Shown piece after piece: positions 48,509 through 57,911 of a DNA stretch of 64,000 nucleotides. Numbering within the stretch: the stretch's first letter is position 1; each line of letters opens with the position of its first letter. The DNA lies in assembly GCA_964630805.1 (NCBI GenBank), contig CAZVWP010000008.1, positions 31,721 through 95,720 on the forward strand, given 5' to 3'. The notes under the pieces were generated by a model. It was not told the DNA's origin. It made no database searches and worked only from the letters and a program-made list of their open reading frames with translations. The translations under genes were made by a program, and so were the position numbers. The DNA is from an uncultured Novosphingobium sp. (lineage in GTDB: Bacteria > Pseudomonadota > Alphaproteobacteria > Sphingomonadales > Sphingomonadaceae).

Positions 48509-49735
48509 CTAGACCAGAATCTCCCTTGCCGGCCCCTGCCCCAGGAAAGCCGACGGGCTGGCCGTCGCACCATAGGCTCCCGCACAGAATACGGCGACGA
48601 GATCGCGCGGCTCGGCGCGAGGGAAGCCCCCTTGGTTGGCCAGCACGTCGAGCGGCGTGCAAAGGCAGCCGACAATGGTCGCCTCCTCCTCCACCGGGGC
48701 GCCAAAACGGTTGGCGATGGCAGATGGGTAGTTGCGGCGCACGACAGTACCGAAGTTGCCCGAAGCGGCAAGCTGGTGGTGAAGGCCGCCATCGGTGACC
48801 AGAAAAGTCTCGCCGTGGCTTTCCTTGCGGTCAACAATTTTAGTCACGTAAACACCAGCTTCTCCAACAAGATACCGACCTAATTCAATGCAGAATCGAG
48901 TATCCTTGAGCGAAGACGGCAAGTTCGCGAACCGCTCCTTCAACGCCGCGCCGATCTTGTCGATATCGAGCGGTTCGTCGCCCGGGAAATAGGGAATGCC
49001 GAAGCCACCACCAAGGTTGCACTGCGGTAGCGGCGCGCCGCTTTCCTCGGCAAGCCTGGCGGCGAGGTCGATCGCCTGGCCCTGCATCTCGATGATCGCG
49101 TCGGCATCGAGCGACTGGCTGCCGGCGAAGATGTGAAACCCGCGCCAGACCGCGCGGGTATTGAGGATGCGCCGGGCCAAAGCCGGCACGCGTTCCGCAT
49201 CAAGGCCGAAGGGCTTGGCTCCGCCGCCCATCTTCATGCCGGAGCCCTTGATCTCGAAGGGTGGATTGATCCGGATCGCAAGGTGCGGCGTCTGCCCCCC
49301 TCGCCCGGAAATCGCCAGCGCGCGCTGCGCCTCGCCTTCGGATTCGAGGTTGATGGTCACGCCGGCAGGGATGGCCCCCGCCAACTCGTTGTCGCGCTTG
49401 CCCGGCCCGGCAAAGCTGATCCGCGCGGCTTCGATGCCGGCCTTGCGTGCTAACCGGAGTTCTCCGATCGACGCCACATCGAAGCCATCGACAAGCTCAG
49501 ACATAAGTTGAAGTATTGGCTCATATGGGTTTGCTTTTACAGCATAATGAATTTCCAACCGTTCCGGCATCACCGCCCGGAGCGCGGCCACGCGATCACG
49601 GATCATCCTGGCGGAATAAACGAACAGCGGGGTGCCGCCAGCCTGTCGCACCAGTTCGGTAACGGGAATGCCGCCAATGGCGAGGACACCGTCTATGGCC
49701 TTGAAGCCGGCGGGAATGGGGCCGAGCGGTTTCAT
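48509..49735 (-). CDS. PLP-dependent decarboxylase, exosortase A system-associated (LysA-like fold)
   Basis: HYAVKANP, DVAS.GEL, HIFAGSQ, GGGFG, ELGRY and CLCTPLD...GAYG. Confidence 0.92.
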   Translation of the reverse strand: MKPLGPIPAGFKAIDGVLAIGGIPVTELVRQAGGTPLFVYSARMIRDRVAALRAVMPERLEIHYAVKANPYEPILQLMSELVDGFDVASIGELRLARKAGIEAARISFAGPGKRDNELAGAIPAGVTINLESEGEAQRALAISGRGGQTPHLAIRINPPFEIKGSGMKMGGGAKPFGLDAERVPALARRILNTRAVWRGFHIFAGSQSLDADAIIEMQGQAIDLAARLAEESGAPLPQCNLGGGFGIPYFPGDEPLDIDKIGAALKERFANLPSSLKDTRFCIELGRYLVGEAGVYVTKIVDRKESHGETFLVTDGGLHHQLAASGNFGTVVRRNYPSAIANRFGAPVEEEATIVGCLCTPLDVLANQGGFPRAEPRDLVAVFCAGAYGATASPSAFLGQGPAREILV

Positions 49736-51243
49736 GCGGCAAGCTCCATTTGCAAGCCGGTGCGATCGATCTTGCCGTTGGGCCCGATGGGCATGGTTTC
49801 ACGCCAGTGGATTTGCTTTGGCTGCATGAAATTGGGTAAATCCTGCAAAAGCTTGTGTGGCAGTTCCTCGACTGCGTTCTGAACTCCGGGAGCGGCCCGC
49901 ACCACCAGGTGAATCGCCTGCCCCAGCCGCTCGTCGGCAATGCCCAGCGCCACGGCCTCGGCCACCAGCCCGGTCGACAGCGCGGCCTCCTCGATCTCCT
50001 GCGGGCTGATGCGGTTGCCGGCACTCTTGATCATCGCATCGCGCCGCCCGGCGAAATAGAGCAGCCCCTCGCAATTTCGCCGAACCCGGTCGCCAGACCA
50101 CACAGCCGTGCCGCCATAATGAGATGCCACAGGTGCCGGCTTGAACCGCTCGGCGGTGCGCTCCGCATCCTGCCAATAGCCCTGCGCGACCAGCGGCCCG
50201 CAATGGACCAGCTCGCCCTCCTCGTTGTCGGCGGCGATTTGCCCGTTGTCGTTGACCACCAGGATCTCCGCATGGGGGATCGCCTTGCCCATCGAAGTCG
50301 GGTGCGTGTCGATCAGCGAGGGGTCGAGATAGGTCGAGCGGAAGGCTTCGGTCAGACCGTACATGGCGAACAGCCGGGCCTGCGGGAACAGGTTGCGCAG
50401 GCGCCTGACCAGATCGGGTGTCAGGGCCCCGCCGCTGTTGGTCAGCCGCCTGAGGCGCGCGGCGGTTTCCGCCGGCCAGACCAGCTCCGTCAGCTGCACC
50501 CAGAGCGGCGGCACGGCAGCCAGCGTGGTGACGCCATGGCGTTCCACTGCCTTCACGACATCACGCGGGGTCAGGTAGTCGAGCGGAGCGGCCGAGGCGC
50601 CGGCGTACCAGCTCGAAAGCAACTGGTTCTGGCCATAGTCGAAGGACAGCGGCAGCACCGCAAGCGCCCTGTCGTCCGGCCGCAGTCCGAGGTAGGTCGC
50701 GACGCTTTCCGCGCCAAGCCACATGTTGGCATGACTCAGCATCACGCCCTTGGGTCGTCCGGTCGAGCCGCTGGTATAGAGGATGGCGGCAAGCTCCGCC
50801 GGATCGGCCTGTGAGGGCTCCAGCCCGATCTCCATCTCCCGGGCCTCGGCTATGGCCACTGCCTCCTCCGCCTGCACACACCCTTCGGGCACGTCGCCAG
50901 GCTCCAGCGAGGCGAGCCGCGCCGCATTGGCCAGGATCAGACTGGCGCCACTGTCGGCGAGGATATGCGCCGCCTGCGCGCGCTTGAGCAGCGGGTTGAT
51001 CGGCACGTGCACCAGCCCGGCGCGCGCCGCCGCCAGCGGCATCAGGCAGGTCATCTCGCCCTTGGCCGCCCAGGTCGCCACCCTTGCACCCCGCACCGCC
51101 ACCCGCTTCTGCAGCCAGGCCGCAAGCCGGGAGACACGGGTTCTTAAGTCCTTGTAGCTAACAGGGCCCTCGCGCAGCACCAGCGCGGGGGCCTCGTCCG
51201 CTCCGCGCAGCGCGAGATGGTCTAGTGGCCGGATCGTGGTCAC
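49732..51243 (-). CDS. AMP-forming acyl/aminoacyl ligase, exosortase A system-associated
   Basis: YTSGSTGRPKG, PLSFDYG, MYGLTEAFRS and NGKIDR. Confidence 0.93.
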   Translation of the reverse strand: MTTIRPLDHLALRGADEAPALVLREGPVSYKDLRTRVSRLAAWLQKRVAVRGARVATWAAKGEMTCLMPLAAARAGLVHVPINPLLKRAQAAHILADSGASLILANAARLASLEPGDVPEGCVQAEEAVAIAEAREMEIGLEPSQADPAELAAILYTSGSTGRPKGVMLSHANMWLGAESVATYLGLRPDDRALAVLPLSFDYGQNQLLSSWYAGASAAPLDYLTPRDVVKAVERHGVTTLAAVPPLWVQLTELVWPAETAARLRRLTNSGGALTPDLVRRLRNLFPQARLFAMYGLTEAFRSTYLDPSLIDTHPTSMGKAIPHAEILVVNDNGQIAADNEEGELVHCGPLVAQGYWQDAERTAERFKPAPVASHYGGTAVWSGDRVRRNCEGLLYFAGRRDAMIKSAGNRISPQEIEEAALSTGLVAEAVALGIADERLGQAIHLVVRAAPGVQNAVEELPHKLLQDLPNFMQPKQIHWRETMPIGPNGKIDRTGLQMELAA

Positions 51244-51290
51244 GGTGTGGCATTGGCTCCAAAGAGGGGCTCCAAGGGGGAACGACTAGC

Positions 51291-52310
51291 GTGATCGTGG
51301 TTACCTATCACGATGATCTTAAGGAAGTGCAAGGCGATGCCGCACTCGCCCACCTGCTGTGTGCGCAGGGCGAGAGCGCTGACGCGCCTTTCGACCGGCT
51401 GCGCTGGTGGTGGAACCTTGCGGAAAATTGCGACATCCTCCCCCTAATCGCGGTGGCGCGTGACGGAGAGCACCGCGCCGTCCTGCCCCTGATGCGCCGC
51501 GCCCGCACGATCGTGGCGCTGGCTAACTGGTATTCCTTCCGAGTGCGTCCGCTGCTCACGCCAGGCGCCAATGCCAGGGCGCTGCTGACCGAACTGGCCG
51601 CCGACCTTGCCGGGGAGGCGCCCCGGATCACGCTTTCGCCCCTGCCGAACGAGGCTGGCGAGACCACTCTCCTCGCCGAAGCTTTCCGCGCCGCCGGCTG
51701 GACCGTGTTCCGCGAACCCTGCGACGTAAACCATGTACTTCCGGTCAACGGGCGGAGCTATGCCGAATACCTCGCCACCCGCCCCGGCCAGCTTCGCACC
51801 ACGCTGAAGCGCAAGGCGGGCAAGGTCGAGGTCGAGCTGCTCACCCATTTCGATCCGAAGGCATGGCAGGCCTACGAAACCGTCTACCGGCAAAGCTGGA
51901 AGCCCGAGGAAGGCTCGCCGCATTTCCTGCGCCGCTTCGCTGAGGAGGAAGGCAAGGCCGACCGCCTGCGCATGGCCATCGCCCGCGCCGGGGGCGAGCC
52001 GGTCGCCGCGCAGTTCTGGACCGTGGAAGGCGGCATCGCCTTCATCCACAAGCTGGCCCACACCGAGGCGTCCAAGTCGCTTTCCCCCGGGACAACGCTC
52101 AGCGCCGCACTGTTCGAGCAGGTGATCGACCGCGATCATGTATCCCTCGTCGACTTCGGCACCGGCGACGATGGCTACAAGCGCGACTGGATGGAAGAAG
52201 TCCGCCCACGCTACCAACTCGACATGTTCCGCCCGCTCTGGCCCGGAAACTGGCCATATATTGCACGTGCGAGCATGCGCCGCCTTGCCGCAAGTGCGAA
52301 GCGTGGCTAA
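51291..52310 (+). CDS. GNAT family acyltransferase (CelD/BcsL-like)
   Basis: YAEYLATRPG.LR, SWKPEEG, AAQFW, SPGT.L and DFGTGDD.YK.DWM. Confidence 0.88.
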   Translation: MIVVTYHDDLKEVQGDAALAHLLCAQGESADAPFDRLRWWWNLAENCDILPLIAVARDGEHRAVLPLMRRARTIVALANWYSFRVRPLLTPGANARALLTELAADLAGEAPRITLSPLPNEAGETTLLAEAFRAAGWTVFREPCDVNHVLPVNGRSYAEYLATRPGQLRTTLKRKAGKVEVELLTHFDPKAWQAYETVYRQSWKPEEGSPHFLRRFAEEEGKADRLRMAIARAGGEPVAAQFWTVEGGIAFIHKLAHTEASKSLSPGTTLSAALFEQVIDRDHVSLVDFGTGDDGYKRDWMEEVRPRYQLDMFRPLWPGNWPYIARASMRRLAASAKRG

Positions 52311-52347
52311 GGGCGCGCAATTCGCCGTTTGGGGCCGATTGAACATC

Positions 52348-52611
52348 ATGAACCACGATACCGACAGCCTGCTGCGCAATATCCTGACTGACGTGCTGGG
52401 CCTGAAGCCCGGACAGGCAGACGGCTTTTCCGCCGACACCGGGCTGTTCGGCCATCTCCCCGAACTCGATTCCATGGCCGTCGCCGGCCTGCTCACGGAG
52501 ATCGAGGACCGGCTCGACATCGTCATCGACGACGACGAAGTCGACGGCGAATTGCTGGAAAGCTTCGGTTCGCTGCTCGCCTTCGCCGAGGCCAAGCGCG
52601 CAGGCACGTGA
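52348..52611 (+). CDS. Acyl carrier protein
   Basis: Acidic 87 aa protein with phosphopantetheine site PELDSMAV. Confidence 0.93.
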   Translation: MNHDTDSLLRNILTDVLGLKPGQADGFSADTGLFGHLPELDSMAVAGLLTEIEDRLDIVIDDDEVDGELLESFGSLLAFAEAKRAGT

Positions 52612-53276
52612 CGCCACGCAGCTGGCCCTGCCCGCTGGCCGTCGGCACGGTGGAAGAGCATGCCCTTACATTCGACGACTTCCGCCGCTTCCGGCTATTG
52701 ATCGTCCCCGCCCTGTTCGATGAAGCCAATCGCATGCGGCGCTTCATCGTGGAAGTCATGCGGCGGCTGGACGGTGCCGGGATTGACTGCATCCTCCCCG
52801 ACCTGCCGGGAACCAACGAGAGCCTCCAGCCGCTCGAACAGCAGACGCCCCTCCTGTGGCGCGAAGCCATGGCCGCCGCCGCCAGGCACTTCCGCGCCAG
52901 CCACGTGCTGGGCATACGCGGCGGCGCGCTGGTGACGCCGCCCAGCCTGCCGGCCTGGCACTATGCCCCGGTCAAGGGTGCCAACCAGCTGCGCACCATG
53001 CTGCGCTCCCGCATCCTCTCCTCGCGCGAAGCAGGGATCAGCGAAAGCCAGGACGAATTGCTGGAACAGGGCATGACCCACGGTATCGAGCTGGCCGGGC
53101 ACAGGCTGGGCGCCGAGTTCATCCGCCAGTTCCAGCCGCTCGTTCCCGCCGAGGCCAGGGCGATCGACCAGGACATGGTCGGCGGCAGTGGCCTGTGGCT
53201 GCGCGCGGAGCCCGACGAGGACCGCACCCAGGCCGATGCGCTCGCGGCGATCCTGGCGATCGGGATCAAGTCATGA
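52608..53276 (+). CDS. Hydrolase 2-like protein, exosortase A system-associated
   Basis: PALFDEANRMRR, PDLPGTNES and GIRGG elbow; GTGA overlap with ACP. Confidence 0.82.
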   Translation: MTPRSWPCPLAVGTVEEHALTFDDFRRFRLLIVPALFDEANRMRRFIVEVMRRLDGAGIDCILPDLPGTNESLQPLEQQTPLLWREAMAAAARHFRASHVLGIRGGALVTPPSLPAWHYAPVKGANQLRTMLRSRILSSREAGISESQDELLEQGMTHGIELAGHRLGAEFIRQFQPLVPAEARAIDQDMVGGSGLWLRAEPDEDRTQADALAAILAIGIKS

Positions 53277-54046
53277 GCCGGCGGCAGGTCATGTTCGAAT
53301 GCGAGGGCTCGCAGCTAGCGGGCACAATCGACGAGGCTGCGGGCAGTATCGGCCTGCTGCTCGTCACCGGCGGCAACGAGTTGCGTTCCGGCGCCTGGGG
53401 CGGCCAGGCGCAGTTCGCTTCGCGGATCGCGGCCGCCGGCTATCCGGTGTTCCGCTTCGATCGTCGCGGCGTTGGCGACAGCGAGGGAGCCAACGGGGGT
53501 TTTCGCTCCAGCGCAGCCGACATTGCCGCCGCCATCGCCGCATTCCGCAAGGAAGCGCCGCATGTCACCCGCATTGCCGGAATGGGCAACTGCGACGCCG
53601 CCTCTGCCTTAATGTCGGCGGGCGGCGCGGGGCTCGACGCGCTGGTCCTGTCCAACCCTTGGACCATAGAAGACACCGAAGCCGCCCCTCCCCCCGAGGC
53701 CCTGCGCGCGCATTACCGCAAGCGGCTGGCCGATCCGGCGGCGATCAGGCGACTCCTGACCGGGCAGGTGTCGCTGGGCAAGCTGGCGCGCAGCCTGCTG
53801 GGCGCGGCCGGCCCTGCCGCGGCGCCGACCGGGCTGGCAGGGAAAATGGCCGATGGGATTGCCGGTTTCTCCGGCCCCGTTCGCTTCCTCTGCGCCGACA
53901 ACGACCGCACGGCCCAGGCTTTCCTCGCCGCGTGGGACCGCAAGGACCCGCGCATCCGTCACTGTCCTGATGCAACGCACAGCTACGTTGAAAGCCACGC
54001 CCGCGACTGGCTCGTCGAGCAGGTGCTGGAAGTGTTGAGTTGCTGA
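53273..54046 (+). CDS. Hydrolase 1, exosortase A system-associated
   Basis: VTGGNELRSG, FDRRGVGDSEG, GNCDAAS, NPW and ATHSY. Confidence 0.9.
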   Translation: MSRRQVMFECEGSQLAGTIDEAAGSIGLLLVTGGNELRSGAWGGQAQFASRIAAAGYPVFRFDRRGVGDSEGANGGFRSSAADIAAAIAAFRKEAPHVTRIAGMGNCDAASALMSAGGAGLDALVLSNPWTIEDTEAAPPPEALRAHYRKRLADPAAIRRLLTGQVSLGKLARSLLGAAGPAAAPTGLAGKMADGIAGFSGPVRFLCADNDRTAQAFLAAWDRKDPRIRHCPDATHSYVESHARDWLVEQVLEVLSC

Positions 54047-54094
54047 GGGCGAAGAAAGGCTCTGCCCTTGCGGCGCCCCCCGGGCTCCCACATT

Positions 54095-54231
54095 CGTCAT
54101 CCTGAACTTGTTTCAGGATTCACTCTCGGTCCACTCCTGCGCTGCCGCTTTCAAGACAACTGCACCGCTGCCTTTCTCCGGCGAGCTCCAAGCCGGTGGA
54201 CAGGAGATCCTGAAACAAAGTCAGGATGACG
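54095..54231. repeat. CGTC-tagged REP doublet (REPIN-like)
   Basis: CGTCATCCTGAACTTGTTTCAGGAT ... ATCCTGAAACAAAGTCAGGATGACG; same arms as 21417 with a different spacer. Confidence 0.9.
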
Positions 54232-54252
54232 GTAAATGGGATGGGGGTACCT

Positions 54253-55224
54253 TTACCCCGCCACAGCCACTTTCGCCGCGGCAAACTCCCGCTCGGCAAT
54301 GAACCGCTCGGCATCCAGCGCGGCCATGCAGCCGGTGCCCGCCGCCGTCACGGCCTGGCGGTAGGTGTGGTCCATCACGTCGCCGCAGGCGAAGACGCCA
54401 GGGATCGCCGTCTTGGGCGTACCGGGATCGACAATGACGTAACCGCTGGCATCCAGTTCCAGCTTGCCCTTGAACAGTTCGGTCGCCGGGGCATGGCCGA
54501 TGGCGACAAAAGCCCCGTCGCAGGAGATCTGCGACTTTTCTCCGGTCAGGGTATCGGTGAGCGCCACGGCAGTCAGTCCGCCCGCCATCGCTTCACCGAC
54601 GAAGCTGTCGACCTTCTTGTTCCACACCACGGTGATGCGCGGGTTGGCGAAGAGGCGGTCCTGCAGGATCTTTTCGGCGCGGAAGCTGTCACGCCGGTGG
54701 ATCAGCGTCACGTCCTCGGAATGGTTGGTAAGGTAGAGCGCTTCCTCGACCGCAGTGTTGCCGCCGCCGATCACCACCACCTTCTTGCCACGATAGAAGA
54801 AGCCGTCGCAAGTGGCGCAGGCGGAAACGCCCTTGCCGCCCAGCTCTTGCTCGCCGGGAACGCCCAACCACTTGGCCTGGGCGCCGGTGGCGATCACCAG
54901 GGTCTCGCCCTCATAGATGTCGCCGCCGTCGCCGGTGGCGCGGAACGGCGGACCGGAAAGGTCTATGTCGACGATGGTGTCCCACAGCATGCGCGTACCG
55001 ACGTGCTCGGCCTGAGCCTGCATTTCCTGCATCAGCCAGGGGCCCTGGATGACGTCGCGGAAGCCCGGATAGTTCTCGACATCGGTGGTGATGGTGAGCT
55101 GGCCGCCGGGCTGCAGCCCCTGCACCACGATCGGCTCCAGCCCGGCGCGCGCGCCATAGATGGCGGCGGAAAGGCCGGCGGGCCCGGATCCGATAATCAG
55201 CATCTTCGTGGTGTGAACGGCCAT
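54253..55224 (-). CDS. trxB: Thioredoxin-disulfide reductase
   Basis: IIGSGPAG, GGQLTITTDVENYPGF, SACATCDG and YRQAVTAAGTGC. Confidence 0.97.
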   Translation of the reverse strand: MAVHTTKMLIIGSGPAGLSAAIYGARAGLEPIVVQGLQPGGQLTITTDVENYPGFRDVIQGPWLMQEMQAQAEHVGTRMLWDTIVDIDLSGPPFRATGDGGDIYEGETLVIATGAQAKWLGVPGEQELGGKGVSACATCDGFFYRGKKVVVIGGGNTAVEEALYLTNHSEDVTLIHRRDSFRAEKILQDRLFANPRITVVWNKKVDSFVGEAMAGGLTAVALTDTLTGEKSQISCDGAFVAIGHAPATELFKGKLELDASGYVIVDPGTPKTAIPGVFACGDVMDHTYRQAVTAAGTGCMAALDAERFIAEREFAAAKVAVAG

Positions 55225-55299
55225 GTGCAAACTCCAGTCCGAGGCCCGATAATGCCCGGCGTTGCCTTGCGCCAGTCCGAAAGGGGCAAATTTTGCCTT

Positions 55300-55313
55300 T
55301 TGACATGGATCAA
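55300..55313. promoter_or_regulatory. Putative FNR/FixK box
   Basis: TTGAC-ATGG-ATCAA versus consensus TTGAT-N4-ATCAA, in a divergent intergenic region. Confidence 0.55.
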
Positions 55314-55337
55314 TGAATCATCCCGCCCCACCTTGCA

Positions 55338-55356
55338 TCTGAGAATGGTTCGCATT
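55338..55356. promoter_or_regulatory. Putative alphaproteobacterial Fur-type iron box
   Basis: TCTGAGAATGGTTCGCATT (reverse complement AATGCGAACCATTCTCAGA) resembles the TGCGAATCATTCTCA-type Fur box. Confidence 0.6.
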
Positions 55357-55383
55357 AGCGGCCGTTCACGAAATTCAGGGAAG

Positions 55384-56139
55384 GTGACGATCTTGAGGAA
55401 ACTAGCAATTGCCGGAGCGCTGGCCTGCGCCTGCGCCGTCACTCCCGCGCTCGCCGCCCCCGGCCTCGGCAACGACGTCTATGGCGCCACGGTCGAGAAG
55501 GGCGAGACCGAGATCGAGATGAAGTACGACAGCCTGCGCGGCGGACCCGACCATGGCGAGGACGTGCTCAAGCTCGAAGTGGCCCGCGGCATCACCAATA
55601 ACCTGATGGTCGGAGTGCTCACGGAGTTCGAGAAGGAACCGGGAGAATCACTCAAGGCAGAAGAAGTGGCAATCGAAGCCATCTACCACCTCGGCCGGGC
55701 CGGCGGCATCGACTTCGCGCTCTACGGGGAATATGCCGTGAACCTCCATGGCCCGGATGCGATCGAGGCCAAGTTTCTGATGCAGCGCCGCACCGGCCCC
55801 TGGGACCTGCGATTCAACCTCATCGCCGAAAAGAGCCTTGAAACCGGCGCGAAGGTGGAGCTGGAATATGCCGCCAGCGCCGATGTCGCACTGAACGACC
55901 GTTTGCGGCTGGGGGCGGAGGCCTTCGGCGATCTCGGCACCTTCAGCCACTTTGGCCCCGCCGCGGACCATTTCTTCGGTCCATATGCCAAAGTGCGGCT
56001 GATCAAGCTTCCGGACTCCGATGGCGACGGCGACGACCATGGCGGCCTGACGCTCAAGGCGGGATACCTGTTCGCGCTGGGCAAGACCCGCGAGGATACC
56101 GATGGGCAGCTTCGCGTGAAGCTGGAAATGGAGTTCTAG
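55384..56139 (+). CDS. Hypothetical small outer membrane beta-barrel protein
   Basis: Signal peptide ending in ALA, VYGATVEKGETEIE, alternating amphipathic strands, C-terminal LEMEF. Confidence 0.75.
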   Translation: MTILRKLAIAGALACACAVTPALAAPGLGNDVYGATVEKGETEIEMKYDSLRGGPDHGEDVLKLEVARGITNNLMVGVLTEFEKEPGESLKAEEVAIEAIYHLGRAGGIDFALYGEYAVNLHGPDAIEAKFLMQRRTGPWDLRFNLIAEKSLETGAKVELEYAASADVALNDRLRLGAEAFGDLGTFSHFGPAADHFFGPYAKVRLIKLPDSDGDGDDHGGLTLKAGYLFALGKTREDTDGQLRVKLEMEF

Positions 56140-56183
56140 GAGTTGGAGTTGACGGCGAGGCCTTGGCGCGCGATGCCAAGGGC

Positions 56184-57053
56184 ATGCTAACCGGCCCCGC
56201 ATCGCACAGCTTCATCTCGCAGCGCCTACGCCTCCACTACGTCGAATGGGGCGATCCGGAGGCGCCGCCGCTGATACTTCAGCACGGTGGGCGCGATCAT
56301 TGCCGCAGCTGGGACTGGGTCGCCCAGGAACTGATGCGCGACTGGCGGATCATCGCGCCCGACCTGCGCGGCCACGGCGACAGCGCCTGGTCGCCGGACG
56401 GCGACTACACCAGCGGCGCCTTCATCTACGACTTCGCCCAGCTGGTCCATTCGCTGGGCTATGAGCAGGTTACCATCGTCGGCCATTCGCTGGGCGGAAA
56501 TATCTCCACCGCATTTACCGGTCTCTATCCGGACAAGGTCCGCAAGCTGGTCAACATCGAGGGGCTGGGTCCTGCCCCGCAGATCCTCGCCGAGATCGAG
56601 GCCAAGGGCCTGGCCAACCGCCTGCGCGAGTGGATCGATGGCCGTCGCGCCGCTGCCGGCCGCATGCCGCGCCGCTATCCCACCATCGAAGCCGCCTTCG
56701 CCCGGATGAAGGAGGAGAACGGATTCCTTTCCGACGAGCAGGCCCGCCACCTCACCGTGCACGGCGTCAGCCGCAACGAGGACGGCACTTACAGCTGGAA
56801 GTTCGACAACTACCTCAACTCCTGGCCGGTGATCGGCCCGAAGCCGGACGAGCAGCACGACCTGTGGGGTGCGATCGCCTGCCCGGTGCTGCTGCTCTAT
56901 GGCGGCGACAGCTGGGCTTCGAACCCGGAACGCGATGGCCGCGCGAACTACTTCCGCAATGCACGAGTCGTCGAATACGAAAAGGCCGGCCACTGGCTGC
57001 ATCACGACCAGTTCGAGCGTTTCGTGGCCGAACTTAAGGTCTTTTTGCCCTGA
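56184..57053 (+). CDS. Alpha/beta hydrolase
   Basis: HGGRDH..SWD, DLRGHGDS, GHSLGG and AGHWLHHD. Confidence 0.93.
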   Translation: MLTGPASHSFISQRLRLHYVEWGDPEAPPLILQHGGRDHCRSWDWVAQELMRDWRIIAPDLRGHGDSAWSPDGDYTSGAFIYDFAQLVHSLGYEQVTIVGHSLGGNISTAFTGLYPDKVRKLVNIEGLGPAPQILAEIEAKGLANRLREWIDGRRAAAGRMPRRYPTIEAAFARMKEENGFLSDEQARHLTVHGVSRNEDGTYSWKFDNYLNSWPVIGPKPDEQHDLWGAIACPVLLLYGGDSWASNPERDGRANYFRNARVVEYEKAGHWLHHDQFERFVAELKVFLP

Positions 57054-57358
57054 CAAAACAGGGATAACCGGATCGCCGCCCTCGCCCAGGGCGTTCTTGC
57101 TTATCGGATGCGGCATTGTCGCCGATCCCGGCCGGGTGCTGAGCATGGTTTCGGAACTGGGCTGCTCCGAAGCTGATGTCTCGTACGACGACCGCCATGC
57201 CTTTTCGCTTCAGCAGGGCAGATATGGCATATGGATCGTCTCCAATCGCAAGCCTTGGCGGCCTCCGCCGCAAGCCTTACATTCACAAACTTATCGGTTG
57301 CACGCCCGGGGCTCTCGACGGCGGGAAAACCCTTGCTGCCGAAAGTCGGAGTAAAGCC

Positions 57359-57910
57359 CTATCCCCAAACGGTCAGCAAAGGCTGCAGCGCCAGATGCGC
57401 GCAGATGTGCCCGGTCACCCCGGCCAGCCAGCCGTGCCGCCAGTACAGCCAGCCCCACAGCGTCCCCGCCGCGCCATGCAACAACACCTCGCGCGCAACG
57501 GTAAGAGCGGACCAGTCCAGCTTGCCGAAATAGCCCCAGGTGCCCAGCGGATAGATCACCAGGGCGACCACCAGGATCGCCGGCCAGACCGCCCGTCCGT
57601 CGCGCCAGCCGGTGCCGCGGGCGACCAGCCAGGCAAGGCCGGTCAATACGATCAGGCGAAACCATATTTCATCGAACAGCGCACCACGCGCGAACTGGGC
57701 GATGCGGGGCACGGTAGGCACGCTGCGCAGCAACTCATGCTGCACCGGAGGCACCACGCCGGCGAACAGCCAGGCGTCGGCCATAGCCATCCACAGGCCG
57801 AAGGCCAGGCCCAACAGGGCAGCCAGCCGGAACGAGCGCGTGCCATGCCGGAATGTCAGGAAAAACCCCAGCTCGCGCGGCCGCAGCAGGGTGCTGGCGA
57901 ACGCTGCCAC
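57359..57910 (-). CDS. CPBP/Abi (CAAX protease-like) intramembrane protein
   Basis: Multi-TM; DEIWFR, G.LWGWLYWRHG...HICAH; GTG start 1 bp after the kup stop. Confidence 0.7.
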   Translation of the reverse strand: MAAFASTLLRPRELGFFLTFRHGTRSFRLAALLGLAFGLWMAMADAWLFAGVVPPVQHELLRSVPTVPRIAQFARGALFDEIWFRLIVLTGLAWLVARGTGWRDGRAVWPAILVVALVIYPLGTWGYFGKLDWSALTVAREVLLHGAAGTLWGWLYWRHGWLAGVTGHICAHLALQPLLTVWG

Positions 57911-57911
57911 C

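Noticed and set aside
54226-56139. 637-aa ORF spanning trxB antisense and the barrel gene
   Set aside because: The N-terminal part is the antisense shadow of trxB; the real gene starts near 55384 with a signal peptide
57054-57358. ~300-bp gap between convergent genes as an ncRNA or small ORF
   Set aside because: No recognisable RNA family, strong hairpin or credible protein motif
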